From: a virus
Reading direction: 5' to 3' (one strand)
IMG/VR virus record: IMGVR_UViG_3300009537_000004
Coordinates: 7,125 to 71,124 of that record
DNA: 64,000 nucleotides
Below the pieces are notes generated by a model. That model was not told where the DNA came from. It ran no database searches and saw only the letters and a list, made by a program, of their open reading frames with translations. Positions 1 through 8,349 of the stretch are shown here, in pieces; positions within the stretch are counted from its first letter, which is position 1, and every line of letters begins with the position of its first letter. A program made the translations under genes and the position numbers.

Positions 1-2
1 AG

Positions 3-131
3 ACCAAGAAAGGTTCTAAAAGTCAATTCGGTGCAATGAACCAAGTCAATTTAGTCGGATATTTTGATAATAAGAAGGATGTAGAAGAGTGGGCCACAGG
101 AAGACATCCACCATCTTATAGTGGTTGGTGA
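3..131 (+). CDS. 3' end of a CDS truncated by the window edge (...TKKGSKSQFGAMNQVNLVGYFDNKKDVEEWATGRHPPSYSGW*)
   Basis: Open frame from position 3 to TGA at 129-131, just before the next gene's RBS; hand translated. Confidence 0.4.
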   Translation, partial: TKKGSKSQFGAMNQVNLVGYFDNKKDVEEWATGRHPPSYSGW

Positions 132-157
132 GGCGCAGAATAAACCAAGAGGTTGTT

Positions 158-664
158 ATGAATAGAAAAGAATTGAGACAGATGATTCGCGAGGAAGTCA
201 AGACAGAAGTTTTACGAGTTCTTCCCGAACTCATTGGTGAGGTATTGAATGAAGTTGTGTCCAAGCAGCTCAGAAAGCCAGCTAAGAAGGAGCGCCAAGT
301 AGTCAAAGAAAACAAACAAAAGAAAACAATGACTACTCTTGATCGCTCCAAATTAGCAGCTCTGTTGGGTTATGGGGATATAGAAGAGCGCCGCGGAAAC
401 TCAGCTCCAATTTCTGCCAGAACAATTGCAGGAGTTAAGGTGGAGGGTGGCTTGGCGGCCAGAGAAATGGCGGCTGGGCAAGCACATTTAAGAGATTATT
501 CGGCCGAGAATGTCGCCGAAATTCCTGAGGAAATCAATGAAAATGTAGTTGCGGGAGAAGCTCCACCAGTTCCCGCAGAACTTGTTGCGGCATTAGGTAG
601 CAGAGCTAAGCAGGTTTTAGAGGAAGCAGAACGAAAGTCTAATTGGCGACCAGGTATGAAATAA
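158..664 (+). CDS. Hypothetical phage protein with N-terminal 'ELRQMIREEV' leader
   Basis: ORF 125..664; likely start ATG158 after GAGG; the stop overlaps the next ATG (TAATG). Confidence 0.75.
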   Translation: MNRKELRQMIREEVKTEVLRVLPELIGEVLNEVVSKQLRKPAKKERQVVKENKQKKTMTTLDRSKLAALLGYGDIEERRGNSAPISARTIAGVKVEGGLAAREMAAGQAHLRDYSAENVAEIPEEINENVVAGEAPPVPAELVAALGSRAKQVLEEAERKSNWRPGMK

Positions 665-1044
665 TGGCAGACAACCAAACTGGAATTGGAATTATTCTTC
701 CTCTGAAACGGGGAAAGACTGGCTATTTTGAGCAATCCTTCACTGCCTTGGAGCAAGTCAAGTCCAATCTAACCAATTTGCTTCTTACTAGAAAAGGTGA
801 GCGGGTTTTTCAACCTGAATTTGGTTCAGACCTACATAGTCTAATTTTCACTCAAATGGATGACGAGTATGACGCCGCAGTTCAGAACGCAGTTCAACAA
901 GCAATATCCAAGTGGATGCCATTTCTTTCTATTATTGAGATGGTGGTCACCCGCTCCGAAGACATGAATCGCACATTGGTGAAGGTCACATTTGCATTGA
1001 GTAGCAATGTCACTATTACAGACAGCATAGTGATAGAATTTTAA
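664..1044 (+). CDS. gp25: Baseplate wedge subunit, T4 gp25/GPW-like
   Basis: 'QVKSNLTNLLLTRKGERVFQPEFGSDL...I.KWMP' is the gp25-family signature; start ATG664 is coupled to the previous stop. Confidence 0.9.
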   Translation: MADNQTGIGIILPLKRGKTGYFEQSFTALEQVKSNLTNLLLTRKGERVFQPEFGSDLHSLIFTQMDDEYDAAVQNAVQQAISKWMPFLSIIEMVVTRSEDMNRTLVKVTFALSSNVTITDSIVIEF

Positions 1045-1054
1045 GGAGATTTTT

Positions 1055-3037
1055 GTGGCTAACACGAACATTCCGAGACTCTCTAAGAGTTTCGCTCCAA
1101 AAGCGAAGGAAGTCAAGTATTTAAACAAGACATTCTCTGATTTTCGTCAGGGATTGATTGAACTTGCTAAGGTTTATTATCCAAATACTTACAGAGATTT
1201 CAACGAAGCATCGCCTGGTATGATGTTCATTGAGATGGCAGCATATGTGGGCGACGTTTTGAGCTACTACATTGACTCTCAGTTTAGGGAGAGCTTACTA
1301 ACCTTCGCCCAGGAAAGAGACAGCATCATCAACATCGCTCAGGGATTTGGTTTCAAGCCAAAGCCAGCAGCTGCAGCATCAACGGAGGCCGACGTATTTC
1401 AAACGGTTCCAGCACTCAGTACAGGATCAGCTTTCTTCCCCGACGAACGGTATTATTTGAGAATAGCATCCAATGCCATATTCTCCTCAGAAGATTTTGG
1501 TTCAGTCAATTTCCGCAATCCACAGGAGATTGACTTTGCAGACCCACTCAACAGAGAGATAACCGTCTTCGCGGTTAACTCTGCTAATGCTCCAACATTA
1601 TATCTTGTACGAAAGAAAGTCCGATTGGAAGCTGGAGATTTGAAAACTTCCACTCGCACCTATGGTAATCCCGTTCGGTTCAGTAAGATTGTTCTTCCTG
1701 ACACAAACGCTCTTGGTATAATTTCGGTCACCGACTCCAACGGTAATGTTTGGAATGAAGTGGATTACTTAGCACAAGATTTAATCATTGAAGACAAAGA
1801 GAATTTGGCGCCAGCATCAGGAAGCGTCACAATGAGTTTGGCACCAAGAAAATTGATTAAGTTTAAGAAACAACCTCGCAGATTTGTCACCAGATATAAC
1901 GAAAATTTCCAATTAGAAATATTCTTTGGTTCGGGAGTTCTTAACGACGATGACGAGCTGGTATCCTTGGATAGTAGTAAGATTGCAAGTGATGAATATG
2001 AAACAAGACTTTCTTCCACTACACTTGACCCCGCCGACTTTTTGTCATCTAATACCTTTGGTCTGGCACCGTCCAACACGACCCTTGCCATAACTTATGT
2101 GGTAGGAGGAGGTATTGAGAGCAATGTCCCAGCCAACACAATCAATGCGGTCAGAAATGTTCGTGCACTTAATGACAGAGATGTGTTTTCAACAGAAGAA
2201 CAAGTACTATTTGATGAAGTGGTGCGCTCTCTTGCGGTCAACAATCCTGAACCAGCGACGGGAGGAAAAGGAGCCGATTCAGTTGAAGAAATTCGCCAGA
2301 GTGCATTAGCATTTTTTAATTCTCAAAACAGACTTGTCACTCCTGAAGACTACAAAGTAAGAGTGCATGCAATGCCACCAAGGTTTGGTGGAATTGCTAA
2401 GTCATTCATCGTTCAAGAGGACCAATTAGCAGCGATTGAGAACTCAAGAATCACCGATATTCGTACAACCGAAGGCGCTCTCTCAACAACAGCGCAGGGT
2501 GAATTAGTTGTCAATGAGGGGAATCCCCGTTTGGTTAACATTTATGTCTTGGGCTACGACGCAGACAAGAGATTGAGAACCCTCAACAGTCAGACCAAAA
2601 AGAATCTCAAGGATTATCTTAGCCAGTATAAAATGCTGACCGACCAAATCAATATCATTGACGCATTTGTTGTAAACATAGGCGTTAGATTTAAGATTGT
2701 TGTGTTCAAAAATCAAAACATCAATGATACATTAGCGTCGGCAATGGATGCTGTCAAGGATTTCTTTGATGTGGATAGGTGGGATATTAACCAACCAATA
2801 GTCGTTAATGACTTGCTTCTACAAATAGCATCTGTTGAAGGTGTGCAGAGCGTGACCGAACTGAACATCTTTAACCGATATGCGTACAAAGACGGCGGCG
2901 ATTATGAGAATTTCAAATATGATATTCAAGGGAATGCTTTTGATCCAGAGTCGGGAATTATTTTCCCCAGCCTTGATCCTTGCATATTCGAGGTGAGATT
3001 TCCCGACAGTGATATAATCGGTTCAGCGGTGCAGTAA
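1055..3037 (+). CDS. gp6: Baseplate wedge protein, T4 gp6/baseplate J-like
   Basis: 'YLNKTFSDFR..L..Y.P..Y.DFNEASPGMMFIEMAAYVGDVLSYY' and 'GG...DSVEEIR...QNRLVT.EDY'; follows gp25. Confidence 0.9.
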   Translation: MANTNIPRLSKSFAPKAKEVKYLNKTFSDFRQGLIELAKVYYPNTYRDFNEASPGMMFIEMAAYVGDVLSYYIDSQFRESLLTFAQERDSIINIAQGFGFKPKPAAAASTEADVFQTVPALSTGSAFFPDERYYLRIASNAIFSSEDFGSVNFRNPQEIDFADPLNREITVFAVNSANAPTLYLVRKKVRLEAGDLKTSTRTYGNPVRFSKIVLPDTNALGIISVTDSNGNVWNEVDYLAQDLIIEDKENLAPASGSVTMSLAPRKLIKFKKQPRRFVTRYNENFQLEIFFGSGVLNDDDELVSLDSSKIASDEYETRLSSTTLDPADFLSSNTFGLAPSNTTLAITYVVGGGIESNVPANTINAVRNVRALNDRDVFSTEEQVLFDEVVRSLAVNNPEPATGGKGADSVEEIRQSALAFFNSQNRLVTPEDYKVRVHAMPPRFGGIAKSFIVQEDQLAAIENSRITDIRTTEGALSTTAQGELVVNEGNPRLVNIYVLGYDADKRLRTLNSQTKKNLKDYLSQYKMLTDQINIIDAFVVNIGVRFKIVVFKNQNINDTLASAMDAVKDFFDVDRWDINQPIVVNDLLLQIASVEGVQSVTELNIFNRYAYKDGGDYENFKYDIQGNAFDPESGIIFPSLDPCIFEVRFPDSDIIGSAVQ

Positions 3038-3048
3038 GGAGATATTTA

Positions 3049-4164
3049 ATGGCTAGAAAATTTGTAACTCCCGTATACGATGCATCAATCTATGAAGAAT
3101 TTCAAGAGCGTAATACTGGCTTTGATGAAATCATAGAAATTGGAAAAAGTGTAGATGGAACGAAGGCAATTCGTGGACTGATTCTCTTTGATGAAGAAGA
3201 GTTTTCTAATATTCCGTGGTCTTCTGCTGAATTTTATCTCAATCTAAGAGTTGCTAGAGGAAATAATTTCCAAGGCAGCCAGATGATCAACTTCTACGAA
3301 GTCAGTCAGAGTTGGCAAGAAGGAACAGGTTATTATGTTCAAGACTTTACTAATCCCGAAGATGGTGTCAGTTGGAAATATCGGTTCAACCTGGGTAATA
3401 CAGACGTTTCTGAATCATATATTGGCGGCGTAACACAATCGTATACAGCTTCTGCAGACGTGTGGGGCAGTGCTTTTGACCCGAAGTATGGTGGAGTCAC
3501 AGGTTCAGTTGGCTACACAGGTTCCGGCTTTATTGACGCATGGGGATTTGGATGGAAGCCCGCCGACGTAAGACTTGATGTGACGGAGTTGGTTAGAGAT
3601 TGGATTAGTGGGTCAAGAGTGAATAACGGAATGTTGGTCAAATTAGCTGACAGTGAAGAACAGAATGAGAATGTCAAAGCTAATGTGAAATTTTTCTCTC
3701 GACAGACGCATACAATATTTCCTCCAACTTTGGAAGCAGTTTGGAACAGCCAAACCATTGCGACATCCGGAAGTGGTTTGTTTGAAGCTCCGGCCGAATG
3801 TGAGTTGTTTGTCACAAATATGAGGCGATCATTTGTTACAGGCTCAACCTATCGCATTCGTTTTGGAGCAAGACCGACAATTCCAATAAAGACATTTGAT
3901 GACACCTTTCGATATGGCAACAAATATTTCTTGCCAAGCGGATCATACATTGGAGTCGTTGACGTAGCCACCAGCGCTTATGTGGTTCCATTCGATACTG
4001 GCTCGTTGATTAGCGCTGACACAACCAGCAGCTATTATGACTTGAAAATTGAGAATATGTATCTCAACCGAACTTATAAGTTGCAAGTTATGGTAAGCAA
4101 ACCCTGGGGACCGGAAGTCATTGACACAAACCAAAACTTTAAGGTGGTATTGTGGCACAAGTAA
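3049..4164 (+). CDS. Virion/baseplate protein with DNRLRE-like beta domain
   Basis: 'DASIYE...NTG.DE..EI', 'W.EG.G', 'DVTELV..W..G...NNG..VK', 'FFSR.T.TI..P.L...W'; baseplate context. Confidence 0.6.
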   Translation: MARKFVTPVYDASIYEEFQERNTGFDEIIEIGKSVDGTKAIRGLILFDEEEFSNIPWSSAEFYLNLRVARGNNFQGSQMINFYEVSQSWQEGTGYYVQDFTNPEDGVSWKYRFNLGNTDVSESYIGGVTQSYTASADVWGSAFDPKYGGVTGSVGYTGSGFIDAWGFGWKPADVRLDVTELVRDWISGSRVNNGMLVKLADSEEQNENVKANVKFFSRQTHTIFPPTLEAVWNSQTIATSGSGLFEAPAECELFVTNMRRSFVTGSTYRIRFGARPTIPIKTFDDTFRYGNKYFLPSGSYIGVVDVATSAYVVPFDTGSLISADTTSSYYDLKIENMYLNRTYKLQVMVSKPWGPEVIDTNQNFKVVLWHK

Positions 4165-4544
4165 TAAAGAACATCCAAGGCGAGGTCGTCATAGTTTCAG
4201 ATTTGACGCAACCAGCAAATACGCAACCTCCTGAATTGCAAAGGCAAGTTGTGGTTGTGGAAAATTTCTTAGAAGGTGAGCAAACCGACAAAATCACTTT
4301 CGTGCTCGATGAGAGATTTCGTGAGAGAGCAATTCAAGAGCTCATTGAGAGAGGAAAAGGTGTTGATCCCGCAACGGCACAGACCAATAGAGATTTGGCC
4401 GGATTTGTTGAAGTTGACTTGCAGACTTTCACAGAGGAAGAGGACCGCACACCGACGTATTTGAGCTCGTTGATGCGGTCACCTGTATATAGACAAGATG
4501 CGGTCAAGAAAATAATTGATTCAGATTTTAAAGAGTTTGTTTAA
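4152..4544 (+). CDS. Hypothetical structural-region protein
   Basis: 130-aa ORF, GTG start after AAGGTGG, coupled to the next gene. Confidence 0.6.
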   Translation: MAQVIKNIQGEVVIVSDLTQPANTQPPELQRQVVVVENFLEGEQTDKITFVLDERFRERAIQELIERGKGVDPATAQTNRDLAGFVEVDLQTFTEEEDRTPTYLSSLMRSPVYRQDAVKKIIDSDFKEFV

Positions 4545-5488
4545 TGCCCAACCAACACAATTTTCCAGAGAAGCTGTCCAATTTACAACATGTTAGGCCG
4601 TCACGAGTTTCCAATGACGACTTAGCACTTATTGTTGCGCAGTCTCCCGAAGGCGACCCGATAGAAAGCAATATTGTCTTTGGACAAACTATCAGAGATG
4701 TTGTGGAAGTATATGTTTATGATGAACTCAATAACATCGTAGCTCAAATTAATGTCCGTCCAAACGATCCAGCCTTGAGATTGATTGCGTTTACTCCTGA
4801 ACAACAAGTAGGAGTCGGCCAAGACCAGAGTCCTGATTTACTACAAATGGATTTGGTCAGCATTATTGGAAGAGCTAATCTTCCTCCCGGCCGCTATTCA
4901 GTGGCAGTTAACTTTTTCAGGGATGAGGTCGGCCGGCAGGAAGGTGGAAATGAAACAAAGCTGTTCATCACAGACATTTCGCCGTCACGAACCGAAGTAA
5001 GATTGCAGCCCGTTCGCCCAACCGAAAAGCTCGTTGGAGAGATACGAGAATTCTCCAATCCGTCAGTTCCACACTTTGTTGCACAAGCTTTGATTGACCA
5101 AACTTTTGGAGTTTCTCTTGACCCCATAGAGAGAACAGAAACAATAACTTTACCTAAATTCTCAAGAGAATTGGCAAGATTAGATACAAAGGCTGGCACC
5201 ACTGGTAGCTTATCGGTTTCGTCAAGGCTTGATAGAGCTGGTTTGGGTGGCGATTTTTACGCAGATTTTGATATATCATTGAGATTGATTAGAGACAAAG
5301 CATTAGATATTCTTGCACAGAAAGCGTCAGATTTACAAGTGCAAAATAGAGAATTGCGTCAGATTATTAAAGAAGCTACGGAGCAAGTTCTTATTGAAAT
5401 GGTAACGGTTGGAGAAATTGACCCCCGATTGCAGTTAGTTGATTCGGATGGTAATGTAGTAACTCCAACTACAACAGGGCAAGGATAA
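4544..5488 (+). CDS. Putative baseplate-associated protein
   Basis: 314-aa ORF with 'LFITDISPSRTEVRL' motif; TAATG coupling at both ends. Confidence 0.65.
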   Translation: MPNQHNFPEKLSNLQHVRPSRVSNDDLALIVAQSPEGDPIESNIVFGQTIRDVVEVYVYDELNNIVAQINVRPNDPALRLIAFTPEQQVGVGQDQSPDLLQMDLVSIIGRANLPPGRYSVAVNFFRDEVGRQEGGNETKLFITDISPSRTEVRLQPVRPTEKLVGEIREFSNPSVPHFVAQALIDQTFGVSLDPIERTETITLPKFSRELARLDTKAGTTGSLSVSSRLDRAGLGGDFYADFDISLRLIRDKALDILAQKASDLQVQNRELRQIIKEATEQVLIEMVTVGEIDPRLQLVDSDGNVVTPTTTGQG

Positions 5489-6987
5489 TGGCAAAACTAA
5501 TAGATGACCAAGAACAAGAAGGAAGTTCAGGAGGCGGCGCAGAACAAGGGCCTACAACTCCTGTAACTCCACCTGCCGGTGGCCAAGGTCCGCTTGATCC
5601 TGGCCGAGATCTTGGTATACCTATAGCGAAATACCGCCAGCAACGATACACAAATTCTCTTCTATTTGGTCCACCGGCGGAAACTAAAATTGTTAGTGAA
5701 GCTGCCGTAGGAACTAATGTTGTAAATGCATCATACCGTTGGCAGGGTTATCAAGCCTTTTCTGCAGAACCAATAAAATTTACTATCAGGGGTGACGACG
5801 CATTTCGTCTTCTCATTGGCGACCAGCTGGTCATTGACCAAGCAGGAACTGGCCTTGGACGAGTCAAATCTGCCATAGTTGATATGCCAGCCGGCGAGAG
5901 CTTACTTATCGTAGAATGGCAAAAGTATGGTGGAGGAACCAAATCCGTCAGGATGAATTGGGACAAGGCAACGCCAGGGTGGGTCAGTTGTGAAGATGGA
6001 GTGAGAAGGCCGGGTGACCCGCCAGACGGCTGGATCCAGACCGAAACTAGCTGCTGGCGCCCACCAACTCCCGAAGAGATGGACTTGGCTGGCATCGTGC
6101 AGATCAGTCCAAGCTCGCCGATTGAGGTAGGCTACGCTCTCAGATCAGGAGCTCAAGCTCCGCCAGTAGTGGTGATGTTCTACAACAGAGCAACCAACCT
6201 CTCAGTCAACGTCCAGCTGGACGGACCAGCAGCCGCGGCGTTCTCCGAGGCTGCCTTCGAGCTCATGCCACAGGAGACACGGGAGGTGACCGTCACCTTC
6301 CCGCCAGCAGAGCTCGACCAGCTCGCTGAGGGCACGAGCACGTCAGCGATTGCTGTGGTGCTCTCTCAGGGATCGCTAGCGCCTGATGAGGACGCAAAGA
6401 TCGGGCCTCCTGTGGAGCCACCTGAGGAGCCGATCGTCATCCCGCCGCCTGACGCTCCTACGCCTCCACCTCTGCAGACGTGGTGTGACGCCTCTGGGCC
6501 GGAGGTGGTTACCCGTCCTGGCACTCCACCTGAAGACTGGACGCAGCGAGCAGACGGCTGCTACGTGCCGCCAGCAAGCACGACCCCGAGCGTCACGCTC
6601 GCAGCCACCTTCGCAGAGACAGCCCCGAAGCTGCTCGATGGCGTCAGCATCGCTCAAGGCTCGCTCGCAGCTAGCATCAGTGGTGACGACCCGAACCTCT
6701 GGTCCTGGGCGTGGGACCTGGACGTGCTCGGTCAGGGCTCAGGCACCGGCGACACAGCAGCGCGGTCACTCCTGGCACGCTGGGTGATGACGCAAGCAGA
6801 CCTGCAGGAGCTCGAGACCGCTGGTGCTGCGTCACGCCTGGTCGAGGTCGTCGCACGCAAGGGCACTGACGTACTGCGCAAGAGGATCAAGGCAGTGCTT
6901 GACGACCCGGCGCTAGCGCTGGTGACGTCACCTACGCAGCCGTCATCACTCCTGAAAACTACAGTAATAAAGAACATTCCAAACTAA
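5488..6987 (+). CDS. Virion protein with PA14-like domain and Pro-rich linkers
   Basis: 'FTIRGDDAFRLLIGDQLVID...IVEWQKYGGG' resembles PA14; Pro-rich segments. Confidence 0.65.
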   Translation: MAKLIDDQEQEGSSGGGAEQGPTTPVTPPAGGQGPLDPGRDLGIPIAKYRQQRYTNSLLFGPPAETKIVSEAAVGTNVVNASYRWQGYQAFSAEPIKFTIRGDDAFRLLIGDQLVIDQAGTGLGRVKSAIVDMPAGESLLIVEWQKYGGGTKSVRMNWDKATPGWVSCEDGVRRPGDPPDGWIQTETSCWRPPTPEEMDLAGIVQISPSSPIEVGYALRSGAQAPPVVVMFYNRATNLSVNVQLDGPAAAAFSEAAFELMPQETREVTVTFPPAELDQLAEGTSTSAIAVVLSQGSLAPDEDAKIGPPVEPPEEPIVIPPPDAPTPPPLQTWCDASGPEVVTRPGTPPEDWTQRADGCYVPPASTTPSVTLAATFAETAPKLLDGVSIAQGSLAASISGDDPNLWSWAWDLDVLGQGSGTGDTAARSLLARWVMTQADLQELETAGAASRLVEVVARKGTDVLRKRIKAVLDDPALALVTSPTQPSSLLKTTVIKNIPN

Positions 6988-6996
6988 GGTGAATAG

Positions 6997-8349
6997 ATGA
7001 CCGTTCCGGTAATACTTGTTACTCCATATCAGGACCCGCCCAACACCTTCCGTGCTACAAGCATTACGGATATGTTTCGTGTTGTGCCGGCTCCTGACAA
7101 GTATTGGAAAGATTTGGATAGTTTGGGAGCATCGTTTATCTATGATGTTGGGTTGGGTCCTGAAGTTAGGTCACTCATATTCACATTCCAAAACCGCACA
7201 GTCAGTCATACATTACGAGTGACGCTCACTTTACCACCATACTTACGATCAGATATAGGTAATGTGTTTGATGTTCCACGCATAATGGATACAACTACTC
7301 CTCCTGTGGTTGTTCCCGACGATTTGCCTGAGGGAGTTAGATTCTATCCAATAATTGTTCCAGAGACTTTTGCTCCCATTGAAGGAAGTGGCAAAGGTAT
7401 CATCAATGTATGGATTAGCTTCAGTGAAGAACAAGCAAAGACTTATATTCCAGGAACATTTGAGGAAGCAATAATAGTTGATGTGGTGCCATTGAATGTG
7501 AATGGTCCCGTTTTTGTTGATGAGACTGCTGTCGATCCGATTGACTTGAACGAAAAACTTGAAGAAGGTGATACAGTTCCTCGTGATGATGATGTCATCA
7601 CTCCACCAGACGAAGAACCTACTGACGAAGCCGAGTTAGAAGTTCCGGTGTTTATTGACCGCGACGTTGAAGTTCCTGTGGAAGTTATCAAGTGGATTGA
7701 CGGCACCGACGGCCAGAGTAAGGATTGGCCGCCGCCCGCGGGCTGGCAAGCAGGCAACGACGGCAGAATGTATCCGCCTATCATTGAATCGGAATGCGAA
7801 GTCATCACTGGCACAGAACGAAATGTGGAAGACATTCCAGAAGACCAAAGAACTCCTCTTGAACAATTGTTATTTGAATCTCTTGGTATTGCACCAACTT
7901 TTGGTGGCGCCACTCAGCGACGAGGCTATGTAATTGATCTCGACCCTCTACTGAGCGGTTTCAACACTAGCAGGGTAACAGGAAGAACTATTGAACTACT
8001 GATAGGGGATTCCAAGAAAGATGGTATTGGTTTCAAAATCATCAACTGGAAAAAAACATTCAAAAATGGAGAAACTGTTCCTCCACCTTCTAATTCAGAA
8101 ATACGGCAATTGTTTGAAAAGACAGAACTTTATACTGGGCATCTCAAAGAAGGTGTTATTGTGCCCGGTGGCATATTTAGTCCAGATAGGTTAGTAAGTT
8201 TGAGCATCAAAAAGCTGTTAGATGAAAATAAGAAGTTATATGTTGCGGAAGATGCAGACGAAGGTGACCTTCGCCGCATAAGAATTTGGGGAACTACAAT
8301 GGCGCTCGTCAAGGATATTGAGGCTAATGGGGAGGGCAAGCCAGTATAA
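6997..8349 (+). CDS. Hypothetical virion protein
   Basis: 450-aa ORF, RBS AAGGTG, shares a W-PP-W motif with the upstream gene. Confidence 0.65.
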   Translation: MTVPVILVTPYQDPPNTFRATSITDMFRVVPAPDKYWKDLDSLGASFIYDVGLGPEVRSLIFTFQNRTVSHTLRVTLTLPPYLRSDIGNVFDVPRIMDTTTPPVVVPDDLPEGVRFYPIIVPETFAPIEGSGKGIINVWISFSEEQAKTYIPGTFEEAIIVDVVPLNVNGPVFVDETAVDPIDLNEKLEEGDTVPRDDDVITPPDEEPTDEAELEVPVFIDRDVEVPVEVIKWIDGTDGQSKDWPPPAGWQAGNDGRMYPPIIESECEVITGTERNVEDIPEDQRTPLEQLLFESLGIAPTFGGATQRRGYVIDLDPLLSGFNTSRVTGRTIELLIGDSKKDGIGFKIINWKKTFKNGETVPPPSNSEIRQLFEKTELYTGHLKEGVIVPGGIFSPDRLVSLSIKKLLDENKKLYVAEDADEGDLRRIRIWGTTMALVKDIEANGEGKPV

